Virus record (IMG/VR): IMGVR_UViG_3300022752_000028
Strand: one strand, 5' to 3'
Source: an uncultured virus (IMG/VR IMGVR_UViG_3300022752_000028)
Taxonomy: Duplodnaviria > Heunggongvirae > Uroviricota > Caudoviricetes
DNA: 59,633 bases
In this document: one piece after another, positions 1-10,040 of the stretch
How the letters are laid out: the number at the start of each line of letters is the position of its first letter
Numbering within the stretch: the first letter of the stretch is position 1
Translations under genes and position numbers: made by a program
Notes under the pieces: generated by a model
The model's database searches: none
Told to the model about the DNA's origin: nothing
What the model saw: the letters and a program-made list of their open reading frames with translations, nothing else

Positions 1-5
1 AGTCA

Positions 6-377
6 TTGAATTTACCGACATTTCTTGATCACAAAGTTAACATTGATGAGAGAGGAATTCTAACATCAATTGATAAATTTCCTGACTTTGATGTTAGGAG
101 ATTTTACCTCATAGAGCCCAAGATGGGCTTTTGGCGTGGTAAACACTATCATAAACAATCAGCACAAATAATTGTTGTCCTTGCAGGGAGAATTGAATGT
201 AGTGTCAAAGATAATAATTCATCTGAACATGTTGAATTTTCGATGAATGCTGGACAATCTTATTACCAAGATGTAAATCATTCCTTTGCATTTAAATCTT
301 GTGCTGGCGAGACCAAAATGATTGTTTTCTGTGATAAAGAATTTGATTCTAAAGACTATTATGAAATGGAGCTATAA
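6..377 (+). CDS. FdtA/QdtA (WxcM-like) cupin, NDP-4-keto-6-deoxysugar 3,4-ketoisomerase
   Basis: DERGIL, RRFY and RGKHYH motifs. There is no upstream in-frame stop, so the true start may lie before the window. Confidence 0.8.
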   Translation: MNLPTFLDHKVNIDERGILTSIDKFPDFDVRRFYLIEPKMGFWRGKHYHKQSAQIIVVLAGRIECSVKDNNSSEHVEFSMNAGQSYYQDVNHSFAFKSCAGETKMIVFCDKEFDSKDYYEMEL

Positions 378-1114
378 TGAATACAATTGCAGCAATTTTA
401 ACTGTCTATAAGAGAAACAATTTAGACCATCAAATTCGCGCTGTTCTCTCACAGACAATTCTTCCAAAAGAGATCTATGTTTGGCAAAATGAATCACATG
501 TTGATGCTGCAATTCATAATGATGTTTTAGATTATGCGCATAGACTGAATATTAAGATCTCTCATATTCATTCAAAAGATAAAAATTTTAAATTTCATGG
601 TAGGTTTTCATTACCGCTGTTGTTGAATACAGAGTATGTTGCTATTTTTGACGATGACACTATTCCTAATCCAAGGTGGTTTGAAAACTGTATTAGAGTA
701 TCTCAAACGTATAATGCAATTGCCGGTGCAAATGGAAGAACGATTAGAAAAGATGTCGATGAATTATGCACTGGTGACGGCTCTGCTGTACAAAATGATA
801 CAATAGTTGATTTCGTTGGTCATTGCTGGTTTTTTAAGCGTGAATGGATTCATCATATGTGGAGCTATTCTCCTAACACATTTGATAATGGCGAAGATAT
901 TCATTTTGCAGCATCATGTATGATAAAGGCCGGAATTAAATGTGTAGTACCAATGCAACCGCATGGTGATTTTTCACTTTGGGGTGATACACATAATTAT
1001 TTAGGTCTTGATGAACATGCAACATGGAAAAAACCAGATCATGGTAGTGTAAGACAGCAAGTCAAGGATTACTGGATTAATATGGGCTGGAAGACTATCA
1101 ATAGTGTACAATGA
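377..1114 (+). CDS. GT-A fold glycosyltransferase (GT2-like)
   Basis: N-terminal ILTVYKR strand, YVAIFDDD (DxD) and GEDI motif; TAATG coupling to the previous gene. Confidence 0.75.
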   Translation: MNTIAAILTVYKRNNLDHQIRAVLSQTILPKEIYVWQNESHVDAAIHNDVLDYAHRLNIKISHIHSKDKNFKFHGRFSLPLLLNTEYVAIFDDDTIPNPRWFENCIRVSQTYNAIAGANGRTIRKDVDELCTGDGSAVQNDTIVDFVGHCWFFKREWIHHMWSYSPNTFDNGEDIHFAASCMIKAGIKCVVPMQPHGDFSLWGDTHNYLGLDEHATWKKPDHGSVRQQVKDYWINMGWKTINSVQ

Positions 1115-1878
1115 TATTGCTGGAAGACTTTAGTGGAAGATTTGGAAATAAGTTTCTCTCTTACAACAATGTGAGGCAAATAGCGCACCGCTTTAACCAG
1201 AAGTGGTGTGTACCTTCGTGGGAGGGCGATTTAATCTTTGAAAGATCCAGCAGTCAGACATCAAATAGCGCAATCAGACTCACACAGACAGACTTGATGA
1301 TGGCTGATTACGAAATTCAAAAAATTCTCGATGCAAATGATGTGATTATTGATCCGCATGCATTAGGTTCAATTTTTTTTAGATTCATTAGTCTAAATCC
1401 TCGTCAGTTTGTAACTAAAAATTTTGATAATAATCACAAACAAGTAGGAATTCATTTTAGAGGAACAGACTTCTTCCAGTGGAACCCAAAATCAATACTT
1501 GATTCTGATTACTACATAGACTCTCTTAAGCTGTGTCTTGATTCTTCTGATGAATTAGAGTTTGTGCTATTTACAGATGATCATAAGCTTGAAAGTTTCA
1601 ACAATGTTTTGTCATTTCTTGAGTCTAATAACATAAAACATAGATTTGGATTATCACAAATAACTGGTAATTTTCTTGATGATTTTATTGACTTAGCTTC
1701 ATCTAGTATAATAGTTTCATCACCTAGCACATTTGCAATTAGTGCAGGAATGATTGGCAACTCAAGAATAATTCACTCAAAGAAGTGGATCGATCATAGG
1801 ATTAGTGAGAATGATAAATTTTGGGTTGATCTGCAAAATACAGGCACAACATTTTACTCTCTGTGGGCTCAAGTATGA
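1111..1878 (+). CDS. GT11-like alpha-1,2-fucosyltransferase
   Basis: GRFGN, GIHFRGTDF (variant of HxRRxD), FTDD and DF..L...SSPSTF motifs. Confidence 0.7.
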   Translation: MILLEDFSGRFGNKFLSYNNVRQIAHRFNQKWCVPSWEGDLIFERSSSQTSNSAIRLTQTDLMMADYEIQKILDANDVIIDPHALGSIFFRFISLNPRQFVTKNFDNNHKQVGIHFRGTDFFQWNPKSILDSDYYIDSLKLCLDSSDELEFVLFTDDHKLESFNNVLSFLESNNIKHRFGLSQITGNFLDDFIDLASSSIIVSSPSTFAISAGMIGNSRIIHSKKWIDHRISENDKFWVDLQNTGTTFYSLWAQV

Positions 1879-2519
1879 ATGATATTGAACAGTATTGGAA
1901 TTATGGAATGGGATTGCATTCTATTGTTCTAGAGAAGATTATTGAAATTGTTGAAAAAAATGACATAAAACAAGTTGTTGAGTTTGGTTCGGGAGAATCA
2001 ACAAAGTTCTTGCTAGCGCTTAGGAAGCATCTAAATAAGTCATTCTTTATTACATCATTTGATCACCACCCAGACTATTATTTCAGTGAGATACATGAAA
2101 ACTTAAAAGTTAATAGAGTGGACTTGTCATACTGTGATGATCAATCATTTGATAAGATGTTTGAGACTCATGAAGTCAATAGACAATCTTTTACCAATGC
2201 ACAGCACGAAAAAGACAACTTTAGCGTCAAGAACGCTTTCTACACAATACAAGAAAACGATATACCATCAAATGTCGATCTTGTCATTCTAGATGGACCA
2301 AACGGTAATGGAAGAAGCATATCATTCTTATATCTTAAAGATAAGATTGTTGATGATTGCTTCATTATTATTGATGATGTAGATCACTATGATTTTATCA
2401 ATAGATGCAAACAGATTTTCGATGTCCAGATAATCGTTCATGCACAGCATCATGATATTCATCGACTTTTCAATTATGCAGTATTAAAGGTCAGGAGAAA
2501 GAACAGTGATCTACCTTAA
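1875..2519 (+). CDS. Class I SAM-dependent methyltransferase
   Basis: VVEFGSGEST motif I, DLVILDGP and IIIDD. Start taken at the ATGA overlap at 1875. Confidence 0.7.
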   Translation: MNDIEQYWNYGMGLHSIVLEKIIEIVEKNDIKQVVEFGSGESTKFLLALRKHLNKSFFITSFDHHPDYYFSEIHENLKVNRVDLSYCDDQSFDKMFETHEVNRQSFTNAQHEKDNFSVKNAFYTIQENDIPSNVDLVILDGPNGNGRSISFLYLKDKIVDDCFIIIDDVDHYDFINRCKQIFDVQIIVHAQHHDIHRLFNYAVLKVRRKNSDLP

Positions 2520-3279
2520 GACATATTTCTATGTTGAGCATGAAATACAGTTTTTGATTGCCAATCTAAAGGAAGCATATCCGCATATTGAAAAATTCAT
2601 TATTAATGAGTTCAATAGGACACATACAGGAATGCCTAGAGAGATGATTGGCTGGGACCGTCTTAAAGCGCGCATTCCAGATAGCTTGATTGATAAAGTA
2701 CTTTACATGCCGGTCGACATCTCAAGAGACGTGGTTGCTGCGTATGATGACGAAGAAACAATACATCGTGTAAATGAACCTGTCATGAGGAGCATATTCA
2801 TGAAGAATATGGCTTTCAATGACAGTGACATTATTGTGTCCATAGACGCAGATGAAATTATCTATGGAGACACTTACCCAAAAATAAAAGAGTTTCTTGA
2901 AAGACAGAGTTGTTGTTCTCTAAACTTGCACCAGTTCTTCTACAAGAAAACTTATCTTTGGAAGAATAAAGATTTTGTTGCACCAACGGCAGCAAAATAT
3001 TCATATTTTAAAAATAGTTACCCATGCAATCTTAGATATGAAGGTCAAGTTCTACCAGGAAAAAGTGGTTGTCATTTTTCATGGTGCATGACAGTTAGCG
3101 AAATGATTTATAAATTGCACACGTATAGCCATCCTCAATTTAGATTTTGTGCAAATGAAGAATTACTAACTAATGCTATTAATGAAAAAATTTATCCATT
3201 TGATCTAACAGAAAAATTTGAAATTGAAGAATTACCTGATGACTCATATCTTATTCCAAAGAGTATAAAGGAAATATGA
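2506..3279 (+). CDS. GT17-like glycosyltransferase (GlcNAc transferase family)
   Basis: E.NRTHTG.PR, DIIVSIDADEI and GCHFSW...KL..YSH pattern typical of GT17. Confidence 0.65.
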   Translation: MIYLKTYFYVEHEIQFLIANLKEAYPHIEKFIINEFNRTHTGMPREMIGWDRLKARIPDSLIDKVLYMPVDISRDVVAAYDDEETIHRVNEPVMRSIFMKNMAFNDSDIIVSIDADEIIYGDTYPKIKEFLERQSCCSLNLHQFFYKKTYLWKNKDFVAPTAAKYSYFKNSYPCNLRYEGQVLPGKSGCHFSWCMTVSEMIYKLHTYSHPQFRFCANEELLTNAINEKIYPFDLTEKFEIEELPDDSYLIPKSIKEI

Positions 3280-3992
3280 ATAATCTTAATCTTGTATTCG
3301 ATATTGGAGCAAACAATGGTGAATATACGCAAATGATCCTAAGACGGTCACAAAATGCTAAAGTAATATGCGTTGATCCAAACACTAATCTTTGCAATAA
3401 ATTAAAAGATATGTTTAGCAACAACAATGTTGTAGTTTACAATAAAGCTGTCAATAATTCTTTAGATGAAATTGATTTTTTTGAATGTCTTGAAGACGAC
3501 GGCGTCTCAACAGTGTCAAAACTTTACCTTGAAAAGTCTTGCTTTACAAACTCAGAAAAAGTCATGTCTGATGGCAGAACATTTAAAGATCATTATCATT
3601 TTAAATTACCTATCAAGGTTGGATCAATTCTGCTTGACGATCTAGTAAAAGAACATGGAAAGCCAGATTTAATTAAGATTGACGTAGAAGGACACGAGCT
3701 TGAAGTAATTAAAAGTTTAACTCAAAAAGTTCCTAAAATTACTTTTGAATGGCATGAAGAATTTATAGACCGAGTCATACAGTCAGTGACATATCTTTCT
3801 GAATTGGGTTTTACAAATTTTGGAACAGAAATCTGGCATACAAGCGCCGATTATCATGATAATGAAATCAATGAAAATGAGTATTACAATACTGACACTT
3901 TTATTGACTTGTTTAAGTCTAATTTAAAAGAGATTACTTCTAATCAAGAAAAATCTTATATTACAAGATCTGGAATGGTTTGGGCAAAATGA
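3276..3992 (+). CDS. FkbM-family methyltransferase
   Basis: VFDIGANNG, LDDL, LIKIDVEGHE and FEW motifs. Confidence 0.88.
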   Translation: MNNLNLVFDIGANNGEYTQMILRRSQNAKVICVDPNTNLCNKLKDMFSNNNVVVYNKAVNNSLDEIDFFECLEDDGVSTVSKLYLEKSCFTNSEKVMSDGRTFKDHYHFKLPIKVGSILLDDLVKEHGKPDLIKIDVEGHELEVIKSLTQKVPKITFEWHEEFIDRVIQSVTYLSELGFTNFGTEIWHTSADYHDNEINENEYYNTDTFIDLFKSNLKEITSNQEKSYITRSGMVWAK

Positions 3993-4639
3993 TTAAAACA
4001 TACAACACAGAAGAATATAATTTTCATGACATAGTTAGCAAAGTTTTTGAAATCAATGATTTATCAAAAATTCATGAATTAAGAAAGGATCTGCATCCTA
4101 ATAATAAACTTAATTTTGACAACGAAAGTAAGACCAAGTTTCACCAGCATTTTTATAAAAATCTGCATGATGGAAATCTTTTAGAACTTGAAAAGTCTTA
4201 TATGTCTTTTATTGCTAATGAAATTAAGCCATTGTTCAGTGAAAGCATACTATTTCAATATATGCCTTCTTTTAGAGTTCATCTTCCAGGTGATCAAGCA
4301 ATTCATAAGTGGCATTATGATGCTGATGATGATCATAGACATCCAGAATGGGAAATCAATTTCTTTATTCCTTTGACAAATAGCTTAGACACCCAAACTA
4401 TTTGGTTTGAATCTATTCCAGGATTAAGAGACTTTTCGCCAGCGAATATGTCATATGGTCAATATCTTATTTTTTATGGAAATAAATGCACACATGGCAA
4501 CAAAGTCAACATGACTGACTCTGCACGTGTGAGTTTTGATTTTAGAATAATTCCAAGTTCAAGATTCAAGAATAACCAAAAAACGTCAGCTACAACAAAT
4601 ATTAAATTTACTGAAGGTCAGTATTACAGGAGAATGTGA
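3989..4639 (+). CDS. StrG-like / 2OG-Fe(II) oxygenase-fold protein
   Basis: QYMPSFRVHLP, WHYD (HxD) and HGNKVN...RVSFDFR (distal H and RxS). Start taken at the ATGA overlap at 3989. Confidence 0.6.
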   Translation: MIKTYNTEEYNFHDIVSKVFEINDLSKIHELRKDLHPNNKLNFDNESKTKFHQHFYKNLHDGNLLELEKSYMSFIANEIKPLFSESILFQYMPSFRVHLPGDQAIHKWHYDADDDHRHPEWEINFFIPLTNSLDTQTIWFESIPGLRDFSPANMSYGQYLIFYGNKCTHGNKVNMTDSARVSFDFRIIPSSRFKNNQKTSATTNIKFTEGQYYRRM

Positions 4640-5298
4640 TGTACCAGGACTTAGAAAAGACTAGTGCTAAACTTATAGAAATGGGTTATTCTATTAATGA
4701 CCCTTGGGATGTAGTTGATGCCTTTGAAGATATGGTTGCAAAATATGCAGGCTCAAAATATGCTGTAGCAGTCGATAATTGCACAAATGCCATGTTTTTG
4801 TGTCTGAAGTACTTGAGTGCGCAGGGTAAAATCAAGGTCCCAAAACGGACATATCTTTCTGTACCCCAACTCATTCTTCATGCAGGCTGTGAGCCTGAGT
4901 TTGTTGACGTGGAGTGGAAGGGAACTTATAGACTTGATCCTTACCCTATAGTTGACAGCGCAACAAGGTTTACAAAAGGGATGTATGAGACAGGAACATA
5001 CCAGTGTCTCTCATTCCACATTCGAAAGATACTTCCTATCTCAAAAGGCGGGATGATTCTCACTGATGACAAGAAAGCAGTTGAGTGGTTCAAGGAAGCT
5101 GAGTATGAAGGACGAGACAGAAGAGTTCCGCATGATGTAATGCCTGAGCCAACTGTCTGCGGGTGGAACATGTACATGCCTCCTGAGCAGGCTGCTCGCG
5201 GCATCGAAATTTTCTTAGGGTTACCCGAACATAATGAAGACTGCGGTGGTTCACATAAATACAGGGACATTTCTGAATATAATATGTTTAAGAATTAA
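4639..5298 (+). CDS. Short DegT/DnrJ/StrS-family PLP-dependent sugar aminotransferase
   Basis: FE...A.Y.G.KYAVAVDNCTNA, VDSA and SFHIRK (PLP lysine)...GGMILTDD. About 220 aa, lacking the usual C-terminal domain. AGGAG SD at 4628. Confidence 0.8.
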   Translation: MYQDLEKTSAKLIEMGYSINDPWDVVDAFEDMVAKYAGSKYAVAVDNCTNAMFLCLKYLSAQGKIKVPKRTYLSVPQLILHAGCEPEFVDVEWKGTYRLDPYPIVDSATRFTKGMYETGTYQCLSFHIRKILPISKGGMILTDDKKAVEWFKEAEYEGRDRRVPHDVMPEPTVCGWNMYMPPEQAARGIEIFLGLPEHNEDCGGSHKYRDISEYNMFKN

Positions 5299-5334
5299 TT
5301 TCAAAGAACAGATAGCATCATGGAATAAATTTAA

Positions 5335-6105
5335 ATGAATTTAATTGCTGGAATTACAACAAAAAATGAAGATTGGATTGTATTAAAGACATTAAGCGTT
5401 TTAACACAATTTTGTAATAAAATTATTGTCTATGATGATGGCAGCACAGACAAAACTGAAGAAATTTGTCGTTCATTTGATAAAGTCGTATGGCGCGTAA
5501 GACATAAACATGATCCAATTCAACGCGAAGAAGCAAAACAGCGCTTAGAGCTAATAAATTTATTGAAAGATTATAAACCTGATTACGCTCTTTTGCTCGA
5601 TGCAGATGAAATACCTACGCCTAGCATCGTCAATTTTTTAAGTAATATTGATTCTAGCGTTAACCTATGGGGCACTAGAATGATTAATCTTTGGAATGAT
5701 GAAACAAAATATAGGTGTGATTCATATACAACAGCATTTGGAACTAATGTTAATTGGGATCCATTTAGCTCAAATCCTTGGACAAAGTATCCGTTAATGA
5801 AATTTGATAAAAGCATTGATTATTCTTATGATCTTAGCGTACAAAAAGGGGGATGCTCAAGATACCATCCTGCTCCTGGGAATATTGCAGATCCAGTACA
5901 AAAGACAGATGATTTTTATATTATTCATTATGGAAAGCTTTCAAAAGACTACCTTGACGGTGATAAGACAGATTTTTATTCAAAAATTGAATCAAAAGCT
6001 GGATTAGGAGATTATAATTCAAGAATAAGATGGCATAATGAACATAACAGAATCGACAGCATGTTCATCAAAGAAGTTGACAAAAATTGGATTTGGAGTT
6101 TATAA
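5335..6105 (+). CDS. GT2-family glycosyltransferase
   Basis: TKNE, VYDDGSTDKT, LLDADE and IHYG motifs. Confidence 0.85.
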   Translation: MNLIAGITTKNEDWIVLKTLSVLTQFCNKIIVYDDGSTDKTEEICRSFDKVVWRVRHKHDPIQREEAKQRLELINLLKDYKPDYALLLDADEIPTPSIVNFLSNIDSSVNLWGTRMINLWNDETKYRCDSYTTAFGTNVNWDPFSSNPWTKYPLMKFDKSIDYSYDLSVQKGGCSRYHPAPGNIADPVQKTDDFYIIHYGKLSKDYLDGDKTDFYSKIESKAGLGDYNSRIRWHNEHNRIDSMFIKEVDKNWIWSL

Positions 6106-6776
6106 TGGCAGCACCAATTGTAGGTTTTGATGAATCTCATTACACAGAGGCATTCATAAAGAACCTCTATGATACTAATTTTCATAATAATCACTGGAAT
6201 ATTTTTAGACCTAGAAACTTAAATGCTGCAAAAATATTCTATGATACAACAAAGCCTAAGTCCGTAATTGATTTTGGTTGTTCAATTGGGACATATCTTG
6301 AGTACTTTATGAAACAAGGCACTCAAATTAGGGGATTTGAGTTTTGTTTTGATGAATGCGCACCTGCTATTGCGCAAGTTGCAGGGTTGATAAATCACAT
6401 TACTTTTGGTGATGTTACAAAAATTATTAATTTAGATGAGAAATTTGACCTCGCCATGAGCGTAGAAGTGGCTGAGCATATTCCTGAATCATGTAGCGAT
6501 ATTTTAGTTGAAAATCTCTGTAATGCTGCAACTAAAAATATTATATTTACAGCTGCAGGTCTAGGTCAAGGTGGAACAGGACACATAAACTGTCAAGAAA
6601 AGAGTTTTTGGATACAAAAATTCAATCTAAGAGGTTGGACACAAGACTTGGAACTTGAACAGAAGATTAAAAACAAGATGAATCCTCGTTATGAAAATGA
6701 TGGAAATAATGAATTTCCTATTGTCTGGGATTTTGTTTATAACAATTTGATGGTTTTTAAGCATGATCGGCATTAG
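6105..6776 (+). CDS. Class I SAM-dependent methyltransferase
   Basis: VIDFGCSIG, FDLAMSVEVAEHI and GQGGTGHINCQ...W. Start taken at the TAATG overlap at 6105. Confidence 0.82.
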   Translation: MAAPIVGFDESHYTEAFIKNLYDTNFHNNHWNIFRPRNLNAAKIFYDTTKPKSVIDFGCSIGTYLEYFMKQGTQIRGFEFCFDECAPAIAQVAGLINHITFGDVTKIINLDEKFDLAMSVEVAEHIPESCSDILVENLCNAATKNIIFTAAGLGQGGTGHINCQEKSFWIQKFNLRGWTQDLELEQKIKNKMNPRYENDGNNEFPIVWDFVYNNLMVFKHDRH

Positions 6777-7638
6777 AAAAATAACAGGCGGAAGATTTGG
6801 AAATAGAATTTTGCAATACAATAATCTGGTCCAGCTTGCAAATAAATTTGAAGTGCCTTTCTATTGTGATAGTTGGGAAGGAGATAGTTGGCTTAATTTG
6901 CCAGAACAGGATTGTAAAGATGATGGAACTCAACCTGTCAATTTAACATGGTCTCATTTTCATCAATTTGATGATAATAAGTTAAAAGATATCATCCAAA
7001 ATAATCATTGTGTAATTGACGGTAATGTTATACACAATTGCTTTTTTAGAATTGTTCATCAAGATCCAAGAAAATTTCTATCTATTCGACCTGAATTGCA
7101 GACTAAAAATATCACTGGCACTAATGTAGGAATTCATATTAGAGGCGATGATATAATATTTGCTGATGGGAACAATGGAAGAGAGGTTCATTCATTTGAA
7201 TTCTATAAGCGCTCGATTGATTACATCCTTAACACAGATACGATAGAAAGTTTCTATGTTTGCACAGATGACACCAATTTTCTTGTTTATCGAAAGACAA
7301 TAGATTATCTAACGTCGTTAAAAGTTAAATTTGAGTCCGGCCCAAGTACATTGAATAGTAGCATTGCTCACATACATGATTTTATTTTATTATCAAACTG
7401 TGACTACCTTATCGGCAGTTCTAGCACTTATGTCATTAGTGCAGGTTTCATAGGAAAAAATAAAAAAATTATTCATTCTAAAGAATGGATAGACAAGAAT
7501 GTTCCAGGCGATTCTTATGTAAAATGGGGTAGGTATACACCAGATTACCCAGAATCTTATTGGAAGTCTTATGATAAATTTTGGTTAGAAGCAGCAGAAA
7601 GAATGAATAATTGTTACAAACCATGGAAAATTATTTAA
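6763..7638 (+). CDS. GT11-like alpha-1,2-fucosyltransferase (paralog of 1111-1878)
   Basis: GRFGN, GIHIRGDD, CTDD and DF.LLS.CD...SSSTY. Shares WEGD and IIHSK.WID with the ORF at 1111. Confidence 0.72.
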   Translation: MIGIRKITGGRFGNRILQYNNLVQLANKFEVPFYCDSWEGDSWLNLPEQDCKDDGTQPVNLTWSHFHQFDDNKLKDIIQNNHCVIDGNVIHNCFFRIVHQDPRKFLSIRPELQTKNITGTNVGIHIRGDDIIFADGNNGREVHSFEFYKRSIDYILNTDTIESFYVCTDDTNFLVYRKTIDYLTSLKVKFESGPSTLNSSIAHIHDFILLSNCDYLIGSSSTYVISAGFIGKNKKIIHSKEWIDKNVPGDSYVKWGRYTPDYPESYWKSYDKFWLEAAERMNNCYKPWKII

Positions 7639-7698
7639 GAAGAAAATATAAATTTTTTGAATGATAATGATTAGGCAATAATAAGGTATGTCTACAAT

Positions 7699-8295
7699 AT
7701 GAAAAAGTCAATAGTGATCATAGGAAAAGGCCCATCAGTACAAAGATGTACTAAAGAATTTATAGATTCTTTTAATGAAGTAGCAATTTGCAATAGGCCA
7801 TTATTTGATGGATATGAACATCTTATTTCAAATCGTGCGCACTATGATTTCATTACTAACGATATTCATCAGAGAAAATATACAGAAGAGTTTAAAGAAA
7901 AGCTAGGAATTATAGAAACGATTTATACAGGTGATGAATCAATTCTAAGAAAAAATTTTGAATTTAAAGAATTGGATCCGTCAACAGGCACCCTTGCCTT
8001 GCAATATTTTATTGATTCTGGAGATTACTCGCATATTGCATTAGTTGGTTTTGATCTTTTTGAAGTTGATAAAAAAATTTATTATTTCAATCTCAAAGAA
8101 GTAATAAAGCCGCTAATTTACTTATTTGAAAATGGAACATATGACAAAGACTTGAAAATCTTAAAAGCATCAGGTCATAGTACGTCTTTGACATATGAGT
8201 ATATGTGTCATACATTTAAAAAAAATAGCGATATCAAATTCACTTTGATCACAAATTATCCTTTTGAGGCTGGCAGCAATGTTGAAGTTCGATAA
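7699..8295 (+). CDS. GT29 sialyltransferase-like protein
   Basis: IVIIGKGPS...FIDSFNEVAICN resembles sialylmotif L and PSTG..AL...IALVGFD resembles sialylmotif S. Overlaps neuA. Confidence 0.55.
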   Translation: MKKSIVIIGKGPSVQRCTKEFIDSFNEVAICNRPLFDGYEHLISNRAHYDFITNDIHQRKYTEEFKEKLGIIETIYTGDESILRKNFEFKELDPSTGTLALQYFIDSGDYSHIALVGFDLFEVDKKIYYFNLKEVIKPLIYLFENGTYDKDLKILKASGHSTSLTYEYMCHTFKKNSDIKFTLITNYPFEAGSNVEVR

Positions 8296-8944
8296 CGTTT
8301 ATTTTATAATACCTGCAAGAAAAGGATCAAAGGGTTTACCCTTTAAAAATAGAAAGTTGTTTTCAAAAACTGCAGATGTAATACCGCCAGATTTACGTAG
8401 CAATGTAATTGTGTCAACAGATGATGATGAAATTAAAGAAAAAAGTCAAAAATATGGATTTCAAATTCATAATAGAGATTCAATAAGTTCAAATGACTAC
8501 GCAAGCATTCATGACGTAGTCAAGAAAGTCATCAACGATTTTAAATTAGAAGACAAGATAATAGTCTTGTTATATTTGACATATCCAGAGCGATCCTTTG
8601 AAGACATCAAATTAGCTTTAGAATTTTTAAATACGCAATCTGCATATTCTTTGCTTTGTAAGAAAAAAGTATTGACACACCCGTATCTTTGCTTTTTAGA
8701 GCAAGACGATAATAAAGGAAAGCTTTTAATAAAGCATCCTTTTTATCGAAGACAAGACTATCCAAAATGCTTTGAAGTAAGTCACTTTATTAGCATTTTT
8801 CTTTCTAATGAGGTTGATAAACTTTGTAGTCAACTGTATAATGATGATACAGTCTTCTTTCAAATTGAAGACGTAATTGACATTGATGAACAAAAGGATC
8901 TAAGAAATTATGAAAACAAAAATCATAGCAGAAATTGGAATTAA
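8279..8944 (+). CDS. neuA: CMP-nonulosonic acid synthetase (acylneuraminate cytidylyltransferase)
   Basis: IIPARKGSKGLPFKN, VSTDD, RRQD and IDIDE..D motifs. Confidence 0.9.
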   Translation: MLKFDNVYFIIPARKGSKGLPFKNRKLFSKTADVIPPDLRSNVIVSTDDDEIKEKSQKYGFQIHNRDSISSNDYASIHDVVKKVINDFKLEDKIIVLLYLTYPERSFEDIKLALEFLNTQSAYSLLCKKKVLTHPYLCFLEQDDNKGKLLIKHPFYRRQDYPKCFEVSHFISIFLSNEVDKLCSQLYNDDTVFFQIEDVIDIDEQKDLRNYENKNHSRNWN

Positions 8945-9725
8945 TCACAATGGTGACATTAAATTAGCAAAAAAGTTAATATCTGCTGCATCAATTGCAG
9001 GCTGTGATTATGTCAAATTTCAAAAGAGGACTCCTGATCTTTGTGTTCCTGAGGCGCAAAAGACAAAAATAAGAATGACGCCATGGGGTGAAATGTCTTA
9101 TTTGGACTATAAAAAAAGAATTGAGTTTGAAGAAGAAGAATATCAAGAGATCGATAAATTCTGTAAATCTCTTGATATTAAGTGGTTTGCATCTGCATGG
9201 GATCTAGAATCACTTGATTTTTTAAGAAAATTCAATACAATTGTCAAAATACCTTCAGCATTAATAACAAATGACCAACTTATTACAGCGGCAAGAGAAA
9301 AGTTTGATTTTCTTTTGATTTCAACAGGCATGAGCACAGAACAAGAAATTGAAAAAGCAGTAAAACTTTGTAATCCTGACGTTATTTTTCATACAAATTC
9401 AAGTTATCCTAGCGATATTTCTGAATTAAATTTAAATTATATTACGCGCCTTAAGAATAAATTTGGTAAAGTTGTCGGGTATAGCGGACATGAATTTGGA
9501 CTTGTTACAACGTTTGCCACAATACCTCTTGGAGTTGAGTGGGTTGAACGTCATGTAACTCTTGATCGAGACCTGTGGGGGAGCGATCAAAAATCTTCTG
9601 TTGAACCCGCTGGTCTTATCAAGCTTGTTAAAGGAATTAGAGATATAGAAAAAGCATTAGGATCAAGCGGCCCAAGAATTATTAGTGCAGATGAATTATC
9701 TAAAAAAGAAACATTGCGCGGCTAA
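8910..9725 (+). CDS. neuB: N-acetylneuraminate / nonulosonic acid synthase (short form)
   Basis: IIAEIGINHNGD, VKFQKR, KIPS, STGMS, GYSGHE, ERHVTLDR and GSDQ..S. No C-terminal antifreeze-like domain. Confidence 0.95.
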   Translation: MKTKIIAEIGINHNGDIKLAKKLISAASIAGCDYVKFQKRTPDLCVPEAQKTKIRMTPWGEMSYLDYKKRIEFEEEEYQEIDKFCKSLDIKWFASAWDLESLDFLRKFNTIVKIPSALITNDQLITAAREKFDFLLISTGMSTEQEIEKAVKLCNPDVIFHTNSSYPSDISELNLNYITRLKNKFGKVVGYSGHEFGLVTTFATIPLGVEWVERHVTLDRDLWGSDQKSSVEPAGLIKLVKGIRDIEKALGSSGPRIISADELSKKETLRG

Positions 9726-10040
9726 ATGTTGATATACGTCGATATTGATGAGACTATTTGTGAGACACCTGTGTCTAGAGACTACACACAATCTCGGCCT
9801 ATCGTAGAAAATATTGAAAAAATAAATAAACTATTTCTAGAAGGTCACACGGTTATATACTGGACGGCAAGAGGCACAGTCACAGGAAAAGACTGGAGTG
9901 AAATAACTAAAAAACAGCTTTCTCTGTGGAAAGCATTATATAGTGATGTTAAATTTGGAAAGCCTGCATATGATGTATTTATCTGCGATAAAGCAATTAA
10001 TTCAATAGACTTTTTTAAAGACGAAAGAATAATCAAATGA
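9726..10040 (+). CDS. Small HAD-superfamily phosphatase (capsule-biosynthesis type)
   Basis: YVDIDETI (DxDxT), WTARG and GKP..D...DK motifs. Confidence 0.8.
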   Translation: MLIYVDIDETICETPVSRDYTQSRPIVENIEKINKLFLEGHTVIYWTARGTVTGKDWSEITKKQLSLWKALYSDVKFGKPAYDVFICDKAINSIDFFKDERIIK

